The notes under the pieces were generated by a model that did not search any database, was not told where the DNA came from, and was given only the letters and a program-made list of their open reading frames with translations. From Mobula hypostoma (Eukaryota), in the NCBI RefSeq assembly GCF_963921235.1, contig NC_086097.1, positions 154,258,001 to 154,322,000 on the forward strand: DNA of 64,000 bases, read 5' to 3'. The stretch's first letter is position 1, and every line of letters begins with the position of its first letter. Both the position numbers and the translations under genes were made by a program. Positions 25,568-38,021 of this stretch are shown in pieces.

Positions 25568-28301
25568 CTAAAATTTACCAAGGAAACATGAAGTAAACTT
25601 TCCTCACTGAGGTTCTTTGCTATTTCCTCAGCATAGTCAATTAGTCAGACAATTTGCTGCTGACTGTCCCTGATTAATCCATGCCATTCGAGTGGGACAA
25701 AATATTAAATAGAAGACAAGTGACCACAAACATTCAAGGAAGAGATTAAAGCTGTTATTTTTAATGCTGTGCTTTTTATTTAATCCATAAATCTATTATT
25801 CATTAGTGGAATTCTGAATTGTATTGTTAAACCTTTTGTTTCACACTATCAGTTAATTCAAAGATAACTTCACTAAAGTGCAACGGAAACAGTATTGAAT
25901 TAAAACATAATCTCAGCAACTGCCTCACAAACCCTGGGTTTTCAGAAGACAGCATTAGAGAGAAAAGCATTACAAGGGAGGTCAATCAATCTAGTTTATC
26001 TAAGCTGAACCTTTACAAGAACATTTCCAATGTCTCTGCTTCATTTGCAATCACAAACCATGATCTGTTCTGAATATTTATTCTATTTTCCCTTAAAACA
26101 TATAATTGACTCTGTTTCAACCACTGACAGTGATGTAAAACTCTTCGGTCAAACAACAGTCCTGATTGAAATAATTTATCATTGTCTCCCGAAAGGAAAA
26201 ATTCGATTTCACTACTCACTTTAGCATAATCCCAACAATTGAGTCCAATTCTATTACACCACCTCAAGTCAGCATGACGAAATGGGCTCAAGTGTAAAAA
26301 TCCTGCCAGTTGTCTCTCTTCCATAGCCCGGAATAATAAAAAGAGGATTGATTATGACAGCTATAAAGGTCTCTTCAAACAATGATCAAATTGAAGAGTT
26401 TTTTCTATTATCGATCAAATACAGAACCTCGTTTTAAAGTAAACAAGCTTACGTTTTTCTCAACTTCAATGTCAAAATATAGAATTGGTCAGGGCTAAAA
26501 GGCACAAGAAATTGTAGTTTTAAAAAGATTAATCCATATTCACTTTCTCAAATTATTTAACTTTAAGTAATTGCAATTATCTTGAATATGCTATGGGTTG
26601 TCTTTCCATTTCATTTAATATTTAAATCAGGAACTCTATTCCATATAAATCAAATGTTCAGTCTGACCTTCAGCCTCTTATAAATCAACCATAATGCTTC
26701 AAAAGAACAGCAGATTCCCTTCCTTAAAGAGTATTGGTGAATCCAATAGGTTTTTTTTAAACAAGTTTAGGATATTGATCACTCATTTACTCATTTCTAA
26801 TTCCAAATTTATTTAAATTTGCCAATTTCAATAGTGGAATTTCAGTTCAGGTTTTCAGGTGAACAGTCCTGAAGTTTGTCCAGTACTGCCCATCGTATTG
26901 CTGTATCAAACACTCTGATGCTGCAACACTCTAATTCTTTATACTGCCTGAACAAAGCCTGATATATCTTAATGGCAGAAGAATTAGAATCAATTGATAA
27001 TGCATCCAAAGTGGAACACTGTAGGTGAGAAGAATGAATAATGATTTTGGTTGAAGATTATTTAAACTAAAATCAGCGGGAAGAAAGAGTGCTGTAATTT
27101 AAAACCTTACCGTTACTCTAATCAACATATATTATAAAGGAGAATAGGCATATTAAAACTGTTGGAAGTTTTCACAACTAGAGAACTGGCTTTCGCTCCA
27201 GTATGCTGCATAACCTGCTTCCTAGTGAGAGAACATCTCTGATTCGGACTGCAGGCTTTGAATTTTTTAAGCATAGTGTTTGCTGCTATTGCTAATCAGT
27301 CACCTCCATTATTGAAAGGCATCAAACAAATGACACAGATCTTCACCTTCAGCACTGTGGTGAATGAATCTAATTTGGAAGCTTCCCCTGGTGCAGTCTG
27401 AAGCAGTGACTGATTCCGTTTGTTACAGGATGCGATCACCTGCTAACCAAGATCACTGCCAGCTCAGTTCTCAAGACTCAGCTTCATGGTTTCTAAATGT
27501 ACACCACCAGAAAAGCAGATGTCCCTTATGGATTCCAGAAACAACATGCATTAGCCTACGGTCCATTTCCTCGAATAGGAAGCAGTAGCTGTAAACTAGG
27601 GCTCATCAAAAATGCTTGGGAGGAATTATAAACTGCATTTTAAAATTGAACTGATGACTTATCTATTTGAGGGAGGCTATGGCAATGTTAAATTGTGTGA
27701 TTCACAACATCCACTGATGCTGGCAGGGCCCTTCTTTGATGTCACAGGCTTGGCAGCAAAGTTAACCTGAAGCATGATTGAGTAAGTTGTGACTTATCTA
27801 GTTTAAACTGACCAAACAATGACTAAGGGTGAAAATAACCACAAGTAAGTTTCAAAACTTTAAGGTTTCCTTGAGTTCTTTGTCATCCATAGCAGCAAAG
27901 AGGCCCACAACTCTAGTTCAAGACATCTATACCCAAAGTAATGATCCACACCTTTCAGATGGAAGATTGATCAATGTTACAAAAGTAAGCTCAATGTCAG
28001 AAACCATACCAGGGTCTCTAGCAGCTTTGGTGTTTGATCTTAGCCTACATTCTCAGTCATCTGTCTTTTATTGAAACAGTAGACAATGGAGTCAACGCAG
28101 AGATGACTTTCCAGATTGATTCCAGGCATCAGGGGATTGAACTATGAAGAGGCACTTGAGTAAGATTCTCCAATATCCAATCATGTTTAAAGGAATAAGA
28201 GATAATTTCTTTGAAGAGGATTGATAAGATAAATTATGAGAACTGTTTATGAGAACTGTTTCATCCAGCTAGGAAGTCAAAAAATAGTGGATGCAGTCCT
28301 A

Positions 28302-28512
28302 ATAACACACACAAAATGCTGGAGAACTCAGCAAGTCAGGCAGCATCGACAGAGAGGAATATAGATTCAAAATTTAGGACTGGAAAGGAAGGGGGAAGAA
28401 GCCAAAACAAGAAAGTGGGGGGGGGGGGGAGAGGAGGGAATGAGTACAAACTGGAAGGCGACAGGTGAAGCCAGGTGAGGGGGAAGGTAGGTACAGTAGA
28501 TGAGGGGGGAGG
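28302..28512 (-). mobile_element. PLE pLTR fragment with the hammerhead core deleted, inside an old CR1 3' remnant
   Basis: pLTR consensus with a G-rich tract. 13-bp direct repeat, 28289-28301 and 28513-28525, with 1 mismatch. Confidence 0.7.
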
Positions 28513-29059
28513 GGATGCAGTGCTAGAGCCATTTATAGCTAAGATGTGGTGGAGTCCCTCCATCCATGAGAACTGTAAAAATTTGGTATTTTCTGTTTCA
28601 GTTATTCTATGTAAACAATGTTGAAATTGTGATTTCTGGACACACAAAACATCATATGAAGCACAGACTCAGCCAAAATCTTAGTGAATGACAGAACAGG
28701 GGTAAGGGGCCAAAGGACCTACTGCTGATCCTACTTATTATTTAAAAATGTTTCCATCTTACAGGGTAGAAGTCAGAGGATTCAGCTTCAAAAGAAGCAC
28801 GATTTCCTTCAACTGCAATCACCTGAGAAAAGTCAATTAAACCCACTAACTCTGAGTGCTTCCTGGCAGGACTTAAACATTGTGTATTTAACTGTCAGTC
28901 TGTCTAATCACTCGGATAAATCCAAGCCATAATGTACTTGTCCTTGAAACTGAAAATAAACCCTAAGCAATATTTAAAAGGGTTGTTAGTTTATTATCTA
29001 ATTAAACATCATGGAATTGAACAGTGAAACATGCCAGGCCTTAAAAAAAAGAGGAGACT

Positions 29060-30727
29060 CCAGTCACCTCCCGAAAAGTTTTTCATGAAGCACAACCTTT
29101 TTCTGAGTCTGCTGAAATATTTTGACCACCGGAACAGGGAGGAGCCATCGTGCACTCCCATGTCTCCTGATGACCCTTTGGTCTCAGTATCCGAAGATGA
29201 CGTACTAGCTGCCTTCAAGAGAGTGAATCCTAGGAAAACATCCGGTCCGGATGAAGAACCTGGCCGAGTAATGAATACCTGTGCCAACCAGCTGGTTGGT
29301 GTATTCACTGATATTTTCAACCTCTTGCTCTGGCACCCACCTGCTTCAAGCAGGCTTCAGTGGTACCGGTGCCCAAGAAGAGTGTGGTAACCTGTCTAAA
29401 TGACTGTCGCCCAGTGGCACTTAGATCAACAGTGAAGAAGTGTTTTGAGAGGCTGGCGTTAAAGCATATCAGGTCCTATCTGAGTGGCAACTTGGATCCA
29501 CTCCAATTCACCTACCAAACCAACAGGTCTACAGCAGATGCCATCTCATTGGCTCTTCACACAACCCTGAAACATCTGGACAGCAAAGGTGCATACATCA
29601 GGATGCTATTTATCAATTACAGCTTGGCACTTAACACCAGCATCGCCTTAAAGCTAATCAGTATACCCCAAGACCTGGGCCTCAATTACCCCCTTGTACA
29701 ATTGGATCCTGCATTTGTAGACCCCGGATTCGCAAAAACATCTCCCTCAAAATCTCTATCAGCACAGGGGCACCACAGGGAAGTGTACTTAGCCCCCTGC
29801 TCAACTCGCTTTACACCCATGACTGTGTAGCTAAATACAGCTCCAACACCATATACAAATTTGCAGATGACACCACTTTTGCGGGCTGTATCAAAGGTGG
29901 TGATGAATCAGCATACAGGAGTTGAGATTGAAAACTTGGCTGAGTGGTGTAATAACAACAACCTCTCACACAATGATCAAGGAACTAGTAGACTTCAGAA
30001 GAGGGAAACCAGAGGTCCATGAGCCACTAATTATTGGAGGATCAGAGGTGGAGAGGGTCAGTAACTTTAAAATTCCTGGGTGTCATTATCTCAGAGAACC
30101 TGTCCTGAACCCATCATATTAATACAATTGCAAAGAAAGCACAACAGCGCCTCTACTTTCTCAGGAGTTACAGCATGCCATCAAAAGCCTTGGAAAACTT
30201 CTACAGATGTGTGGCAGGAAGTGTGCTGACTGGCTGTATTACAGCCTGTTATGGGAACACCAATGACTTTGAGTGGAAAATCAATCAAAAGGTTGTGGAT
30301 TCGGCCCAGCACATTATGGCTAAAACCCTCCCAACCATTCAGCACATCTAATTGAAATGTTGCCGTAGAAAAGCAGCATCCTCACCACCCAGGCCATGCT
30401 CTTTTCTCACCGCTGCCATCAGGTAGAAAATACAAGTGTCTCAGGACTCTCACCACCAGGTTCAAAAATAGTTACTATCCCTCAACCATCAGGCCCTTGA
30501 ACAAAAGGGGATAGCTACACTCATTTAAGGACTCCGTTATATTGTTATTTCATGCTTGTTATTTATTGCTATTTATTTATATCTGCATTTGCAGTTTGTT
30601 TATAGTTTACACATCCTGATGTTTACAGTGTTCTGTAGATTTGCTCAGTATGCCTGCAGAAAAAGAATCTCAGGGTTGTATGTGGTGAAATGTATGTTCT
30701 CTGATAATAAATTTTACTTTGAACTTT
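29060..30727 (+). mobile_element. Rex1-like LINE, RT region to 3' tail, frameshifted
   Basis: VPVPKKSVVTCLNDCRPVALRS.VKKCFERL, LDPLQFTY..NRSTADAI, KFADDT. Tail AATAAATTTTACTTTGAACTT. Confidence 0.9.
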
Positions 30728-31390
30728 ACCAGAAGATATTTCTTCATTGCTCCCACACACCAAACCCAGATGCCTGATTCCAGATTTGCACTTCCAATTA
30801 CACCCAACCTATACACCAACCAGTAGGGGGAAAATAAACTTTAAGGTGGTTTGTGTTGCAAGTCGTATCAGAGAAAATGCTGCGCAGGACCCATAGACTT
30901 CACCTTGGGTGGGACAGGAGGTGTCGATGGAACCAGCACAGTTATACAGCTTGGAAACAGAGTCTTCAGCCCAACCCCTCCAGGCTACCCAAGATGCCTA
31001 CCAGAGTTAGTCCCATTTGCTTGTATCCTCTGAACGTTTCCTATTCGTGTGCCTGTCTAAATGTCTTTTGACTATTGAAAGTGTACCCATCTCTTCCACT
31101 TTCTCCGACAGCTCAGTCCACATAGCACCACCCTGTGTGAAATTGTTTCACCCAGGATCCCTCTCAAGTCTTTGCCCTCTCACTTTGAACATGTCAAAAT
31201 TAAGTTTACTGCCATAAGCACAAGCACATGCATGCACAAAATATTGTTGCTGCTCAGGGAGAAGAACACACACAAAACCAGCATGGGTCCAGCACTCACT
31301 GAAGGCTTGTGTAAAAGTGACTACCTTTTCTCACAGTACTTGGAAGTTAATAAAATGAAGCAGAATTTTCTACAAATGTGCTTACAAAAA

Positions 31391-31525
31391 ACTCACACAC
31401 AAAATGCTGGAGGAACTCAGCCTGCCAGACAGCATCTAACAGTCAATGATTCGGGCCAAGACCCTTCATCAAAACTGGCCTGCTCAGTTCCTCCAGCATT
31501 TTGTGTGTGTTGCTTGGATTTACAG
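31391..31525. mobile_element. Collapsed inverted PLE pLTR pair with decayed hammerhead (about 31440-31476, minus)
   Basis: CACACACAAAATGCTGGAGGAACT and its reverse complement flank the motif. Confidence 0.75.
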
Positions 31526-32843
31526 CATCCGCAGACTTTCTCATCATTGTGGTCTCCTTGCTTGCCATTTTGCCAACTCAGGCTACAGTTCAACCTGCTT
31601 ACAACCATAGCCGTCTAAGCTCAAAATGTTTCACTTGTGAAACAGAGGGAGGAAATAAGCAAACAATATGAGACTGTCAGCAAAATTAAGCTGGGCTGGA
31701 AGGGAGAGAGACAGAATGCAGAACAAATGCAATGATCATTGTTGGGTTCGATGATCCATTTCATCTGCACTTACTTCTTTCTGTTAAGGGCTCTTCTTTT
31801 TCTTTCTGCTATCGATATCCATCTATTTTCACACAATGTGACACTGTTACATTTGTTCTTCTGGCAGTTCTGCAATGTTACCCTCCTCTAACACAGTAGG
31901 TCACTGGTAAACACTTGTAAAACTTCTTGCCGCTAAATAATTCTAACAGCTGGCTGTCAGCAGCTGTCAAGTCACTGTAGGAGGATGTCACAGGTCAATC
32001 ACGACACCCTCAAAGTATATAAACAATATACAGAAGGCAAGCCTAATTAGAAGTATCCCATTCTCCCAACTCAACCAATTATAAGAGAGTCTACTAAATT
32101 ATAAAAGCTACCTTAAGGTATAACTGTCTTCTAACGATGTATTTACTGTGAATCCTACCCAGCAGCTGTTAAACACTGCATACACGCCAGAACATTCAGC
32201 ACCTTGCTGAAACCACAGTAGTTTTGAGGCTCCAAGCTGTGAACCGACATTCACCAAGGATAGATTCCAGATGCTTTCTGACATAAAGCAGACTCTTGCT
32301 CACTGTAGCATCCACTGTGCAGACTTGCTGTGACCAGATCAGCTGATTGGAAACCGGATCCCTAATCATGCCCTTGACTAACAGCTCTGATAACAGTTCT
32401 CTGCAGAGTTAACTCAGCACAGTTAAGGTACTGTTATTACGCTACAACTGAGCTCAGCATTTTAAGTCCGCAGCTCCTTTTGAATGTTGTCCAACAACTC
32501 CTGTTAGGAAGCAAAGGCACAAGGCAAGCAAAGGATGAGTAGCTTGCCCATATTATCAATGCAAACACAGAATACAGGCATTCTGGCAAGGCAAAGGGGA
32601 CAGCTGCAGCACTAAACCCATCACAAAGCAGCAGATGTAATGACAGCTTAGAAACAAAATGCAAAATATTGTTTGGTATTGATACACGCTAGTTGTGAGG
32701 GGTACTTTAAAAAAATGAGAAAGGCATAAGAACACCTTTGTTGCTTCGGAATACGTCAAGACACATATCTGTATGTCACTCTTATTCAGTATGAGGCAGT
32801 AATTGACCAAACAAGCTCAGCAGTCTGCATTCTATTTTTTTAC

Positions 32844-32923
32844 CTGTGGGTCCTATAAGTGTTGCTGTCAACCTGTGAGGAATTCGGGGTGGGATTTTCA
32901 GTGCTGTACGCACCTGGTAATAT
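32844..32923 (-). CDS. Candidate exon (80 nt), coding status uncertain
   Basis: Branch-like CTAAT, long polypyrimidine tract and CAG acceptor; donor CAG|GTAAAA. Two open frames. An alternative donor CAG|GTGCGT lies 10 nt into the exon. Confidence 0.3.
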
Positions 32924-35099
32924 CTGGAAGACAGAGCAGGAAAGAAAGATTAGAAAAACCTGCAGGTTTGGCAGCATATTCTGTGGTTTGACTGTGAAAC
33001 AGGCTTTTGGAATTTCAGCAGGGCATTTTTCACTTGAGGGTAGCTCTGCCGTGTCATAACCTTTTTGTCTCTCTGCTTTATTCATTTTATTAGGTCAGTG
33101 ACCTTGAAACTCCCTTCTTTATACCATGTGATCCTAGGTTGAAATCAAGGCCAACTGCACAGTCCACTCAACCTTTTCTTTCATTGAAACTATGATCTCA
33201 TACAAAGAATATCTGAAGTAGATTACATGCACGGCTGCTATTAGTGGCACAAAACTTTCAATGCACAAATCCTAAAAGAACGCTGAAGATTTGAAATTTG
33301 GTTTAATCCAAAGTGGTGAAATGTTGAGCCATTTCTGAGTATCAGACACTCATTGTAAATTTAACTCCAAGTATTTCAAGAACATATTTTGTCCACAGTA
33401 CAGCTGTGTATAAAAATCTTCACCAGTATCATCTTCAACCTCATTGGTCTCAAAAACAATATATTTTCTCTCTGATTTTTCAGATTTCACGAACTTTGTT
33501 TCCTTTGCAAGTGTACTACTTAAAGAGTCAACACTCTTTGTCATCACTAATATTCCTGATCTCCTATGGCTTTGAAAAAAAAACCTCATGTACATTTGGA
33601 CTGCCTCACCTGTTCAGGTTAAGGTTACAGACCCCCTCAGTTTCCTGGCCTCAAGACCATTCCAGTTTCCTGCTGAGGTCATTCAAGCTTCTTACTCAAG
33701 CCTAATTACACACAGTACATGCTTCCTGAGGGCACAATTCTTCAGCAATCTGTTTGGTCCTCTCTCACCAATGGGTGCTTGATACCATTTGTCTCATGCC
33801 ATTGCAGAATCTATTTGTTATGTAGCAATATTCCCCCATGGTTGGGGAAGTGTTGCTTGTGTTGTGCTATATTTTATTATGTGCAGCCAACAGAGATCAC
33901 ACCTGCAAAGCCAAATGCTGGAAGCTGCAAGAATACATTAATGGAGTACATTATATTAGAACTGGCACAGCATGGTGTTACACAGGGAAACCTGACAACA
34001 CTTCCCTGATAATCTCACGATTAAAGATTGATCTTGATGGGACTTTGATGGACAGCAATAAGGTGACCTACACTACAGAATTAACAGAAAGCACAACAAT
34101 TTTCACTTGACTATTTTGTTCCACTGATAAAGGGTGGTTTTCAATGTAGGCAAGCTATTGTTTCAGTTAAAGTACATAATAAAAACACACCACACAATGG
34201 TTTTCACCCAACAACTTGTATGTCTTCACTCTTTCAAACAAGTAACTAATTCATGTTTTCACAGCTCTTTTGCTTTCATAGCTTCCAAACCTATTACTTA
34301 AATTCATGTAATACCAACTTAATGAACCTGCCTTGGTGAGTCTATGACTCGGTGTCTTCTTCTACAATTTTTCGTCCCCAGAGTTATTTCTGCTCGTCAT
34401 CTCATGAGGCACCTTTCTATACATTTCTTAGCTCTTTATTGCCTTGAATTTTGATCCTTAGCCATACAAGCAAGTGTTTCTTTAAATTCCTCAAATGACT
34501 CTTGGTGCCATGCTATCTTCTAATTCTTTTCACTATTTGTTTCCTAAATTATCAGAATATTTATTTCAGGTTTGTAATCTGACAAATATCCTTTTTGACA
34601 GGATGTCAAGTCCCTAATACCTTCATCTGCATGTCTTGTCTTTTGGATAGCTCACAGTGGTAGGTTTGTAATGAGGTAGTACTGTACACAGGACTGTAAA
34701 GCTGAGCTCACAGTTGAGACTCAGCAGCCATTGATCACATGACCTTCCTTCACTGTGCCCCTTTACTCTGTGGTTTCCAGCACCTCTTCCCAGCACATCC
34801 TCCCCAATACCTGATGGGATACTTGCCATCGCCCTGGCTACTACAATTCACAATGTTAAGCATCTCTTTATGCTCATTATTATTCTCGAAGAGATTATTG
34901 AATCAAGGTGGAATTTGATTAGATCATTAAAACTGAAAAAAGCATTTTTACATCTGAGTCACACTTTTAAAAAATTGCCATTTTTTTGAAATATTTGTAT
35001 CTATTTCCAGTGAAAGTCCCAACCAGCAACAAACTGAACATGGCATCCCCTGGGGTGTTGCTTTGCTCAGTCTGCAAATATCCATCTTGAACTCCTGGT

Positions 35100-36050
35100 T
35101 GCAAACCATTTCAGCTTCCCCCACCAATTCCCACACGCACTTGGCCTTCTGTGCTTATCCTTCTCCACTATCAGGGCAAGGACGAACACAAACTGGAGAA
35201 ACTGCACTTCATATTTGTGGTAAACCATGTATGGATATATGTTGTAACTGGGTTACCTGTCTGAACACGCCCCTCTGCTGACTGCCCCTGTGGCTCCTCC
35301 CACAGACCCCTGAATAAAGGTGTTCACCTTGCCCCTCCCCCTCAGTCTGGAGGCAGACACTCACTGTGGAGGTCGTATTGTACAGCGAATAAAAGCCTTT
35401 CAGTATTTTACCAAACCTCAGTCTTTTGGAGTAATTGAAGGGTCTTCAATATTTCCTCTGGACACTTTACAACCCAACAGCATTAGCACTGAATTCTCCA
35501 ATTTCAGACAAGCTGCACCGGCCCTGTCTCTGGCCTTCCTTCAGGCTCACTTTCTGATACACCCAGGTCCTCTTGCTTGCATGATTTTTTCCAATTCAGC
35601 CCAATGCCACTTTACCTCCTTTTCCAGCTTTCAGTCCCCTTCCCCCACTTAGTTTCATCTGCCTCTCACCCACATACTCAACCCACTCAATTCCCTCCTC
35701 TTCCCCCAATGTTTTCATTTGCCCACAATTCATTCCTTACCTGGTTCCACTCATCACCTGCCTTTCTTATCAGTTTACAAACTGTATACCTTTCTTGTCT
35801 CCAGCAATCATCTCCCAGCTTCTGTGGCCATCTCCAACCTCTCTCACCCCAGCTGGTTCCATTTGCCTATCATGCTCTCCTCATCTGATCCCACCTATCA
35901 CTAGCTAGCTCCTGCCCAACCCCTCTCCCTCACCTCTTTCTACTGGCTACCTTCCCTCTCACTCTTAATCCCAGTTCAGACCAATGATTATTGCTTTGTC
36001 TCCACAGATGCTACTTGACCTACTGAGTTCCTCCAGCAGTTTGACTTTTA
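35100..36050 (+). mobile_element. Old PLE 3' remnant (GIY-YIG tail and pLTR)
   Basis: KLEKLHFIF...LQPNSIS.EFSNF matches EEQHLIFRLGNLQPDGMNIDFS at 21280-21350. pLTR end AGATGCT..CTGAGTTCCTCCAGCA. Confidence 0.65.
35216..35448 (+). mobile_element. Solo LTR (233 bp)
   Basis: TG...CA termini, exact 5-bp TSD ATATT (35211-35215 and 35449-35453), internal AATAAA motifs. Confidence 0.8.
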
Positions 36051-36391
36051 CTCATTATTATATTACATCATTCTGATGATGTCATTTCTCCAATATATTT
36101 CCTACATGTGGTACCTTAACATGAATGGTGTCTATTAATTGATTCTCAATTAACACTCAATTTGTCTTTTGACCTATAATTTATGTTTTAATTCTCAACA
36201 AAATAAAATGTAGATCATGAATGAGCAAAACTGAAACATATCGATCTGAAATGCTGACTGCCATTTCTCATGAACAGATGATATCCGACCAGCCAAGTTC
36301 CTCCAGCGTTTTGTGTGTTATTCCAGGTTCCAGCATCTGCAGTTTCTTGTGACACCATTTTATATATTGTAAATCTCAGTCCCCACTACCT

Positions 36392-36797
36392 AGGCCAGTG
36401 ATGTTGTGGGGATGGAACTGGACTCTCTGACTGTGGTGTCTGAAAAGAGGATGCTGTCCAAGTTGCATGCCATCTTGGACAATGTCTCCCATCCACTACA
36501 TAATGTACTGGTTGGGCACAGGAGTACATTCAGCCAGACTCATTCCACCGAGATGCAACACAGAGCATCATAGGAAGTCATTCCTGACTGTGGCCATCAA
36601 ACTTTACAACTCCTCCCTTGGAGGGTCAGACACCCTAAGCCAATAGGCTGGTCCTGGACTTATTTCCTGGCATAATTTACATATTACTATTTAACTATTT
36701 ATGGTTTTATTACTATCTAATTATTTATGGTGCAACTGTAATGAAAACCAATTTCCCCCGGGATCAATAAAGTATGACTATGACTATGACTATGACT
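36392..36797 (+). mobile_element. LINE 3' end (Rex1-like subfamily) with (ATGACT)n tail
   Basis: AILDNVSHPLH and RKSFLTVAIKLYN, then AATAAA and a hexamer tail. Confidence 0.8.
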
Positions 36798-37484
36798 AAT
36801 CATTTATATCTATTAATAATTTCATTGCCTGCAGTCCTGAACACAGATAAAAAAAATCTGGACACTACCATCTTCAGTTCACAAAAATTTCAATTGCTGG
36901 CCGGAATGCCTTAGAAATTATCCTCAATGGAGGTGTCAAGTACGAGTCTTCAAATGAAGAGTCCTGCACTGTTGCACTCCTCCGTACCTTTTCTCCTCAA
37001 ACCCTTCCTGCACAGTGTTCCACAGTGCCCCTCACTCCCAGAAATCAGTCGTGTCACAGATTGGGCTGGGAATATTCACGTGAGCAACCGAGAAAATAAC
37101 ACATTGCTGCCCGCTTAAACACTTAAACATGTTGCATGAATTTTAACGTTCTTTAAAAGGAGGGAAACATAAAAACAATTTCTTCAAATGTTAATTTGAC
37201 AATTTCTTTATTTTGGCAGTTCTCAGTTTCGTATTAGCATTGTACCATAATCGGTGTTTTATGCATTAAATAAGGAAGGAATTCAATCTCCAGGATTATA
37301 TACTTCCCTGCATCTCCACTTTGCAGAACTGCTCAATTCACCAATGGATCAGTGTGGAAGGGGTAACATCAAGAACATCCGGCAAATTAGCTATCTAAAG
37401 CCCTATTGGTGATGATTCATGACTATAAAATTAACTGCTGGTTTGAGGGGGCCTGAAGGAGAGAGGAAGCTGATGAGGGGTGGT

Positions 37485-37830
37485 GCTGGTAGAGTAGAGT
37501 GGGGGCGACGGAGCGGCGGGGATGGAGGAGGGGGTGGCGGAGGAGGAGGAGGAGGAGGAGGAGGGGGGAGGAGGGGAGGAGGAGGCGGAGGGGAGGAGGG
37601 AGGAAGAGGCTGGAGGAGGAGGAGGGCAGGAGGATGTGGGGACAGAGGAGGTGCTGGCAGAGGAGGTGGGGCAGAGGAGGTGGAGGAGGAGGGAGGGGAG
37701 TAGGAGGGGGAAGGGGAGGGAGTAAGGGGAGGGGAAGGAGGTAGGGAGGAGGAGGTGAGGGCTGGGGGAGAAGGTGGGGTGGCTAGAGGAGAAGGGGTGC
37801 TGGTGGAGGGGGCTGGGTGAGGAGGAGGTT
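37485..37830. repeat. GGA/GAG purine-rich low-complexity tract
   Basis: About 350 bp, almost entirely G and A on the plus strand. Confidence 0.9.
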
Positions 37831-38021
37831 AGGCCTAGTTGTTTTTAGGCCTAGTTTAAGGCATAGGAGCAGAATTAGGCCACTCAGCCCATCAAGTTGG
37901 CTCTGCCATTTCATTATCATAGATTCATTATCCCTCTCAACCCCATTCACCTGCCTTCTCCCTGTAGCCTTTGACACCCTGACTAACCAAGAAGCTATCA
38001 ACCTCTGCTTTAAATATGCTC

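Noticed and set aside
26013..26324. 103-aa minus-strand ORF in unique sequence
   Set aside because: The nearest upstream acceptor gives an in-frame stop, and no domain is recognisable.
27105..27165. Minus-strand donor ACG|GTAAGG
   Set aside because: All three frames from the nearest acceptor contain stops.
37419..37744. Gly-, Glu- and Arg-rich ORFs in three frames
   Set aside because: Artefacts of a stop-free GGA low-complexity tract.
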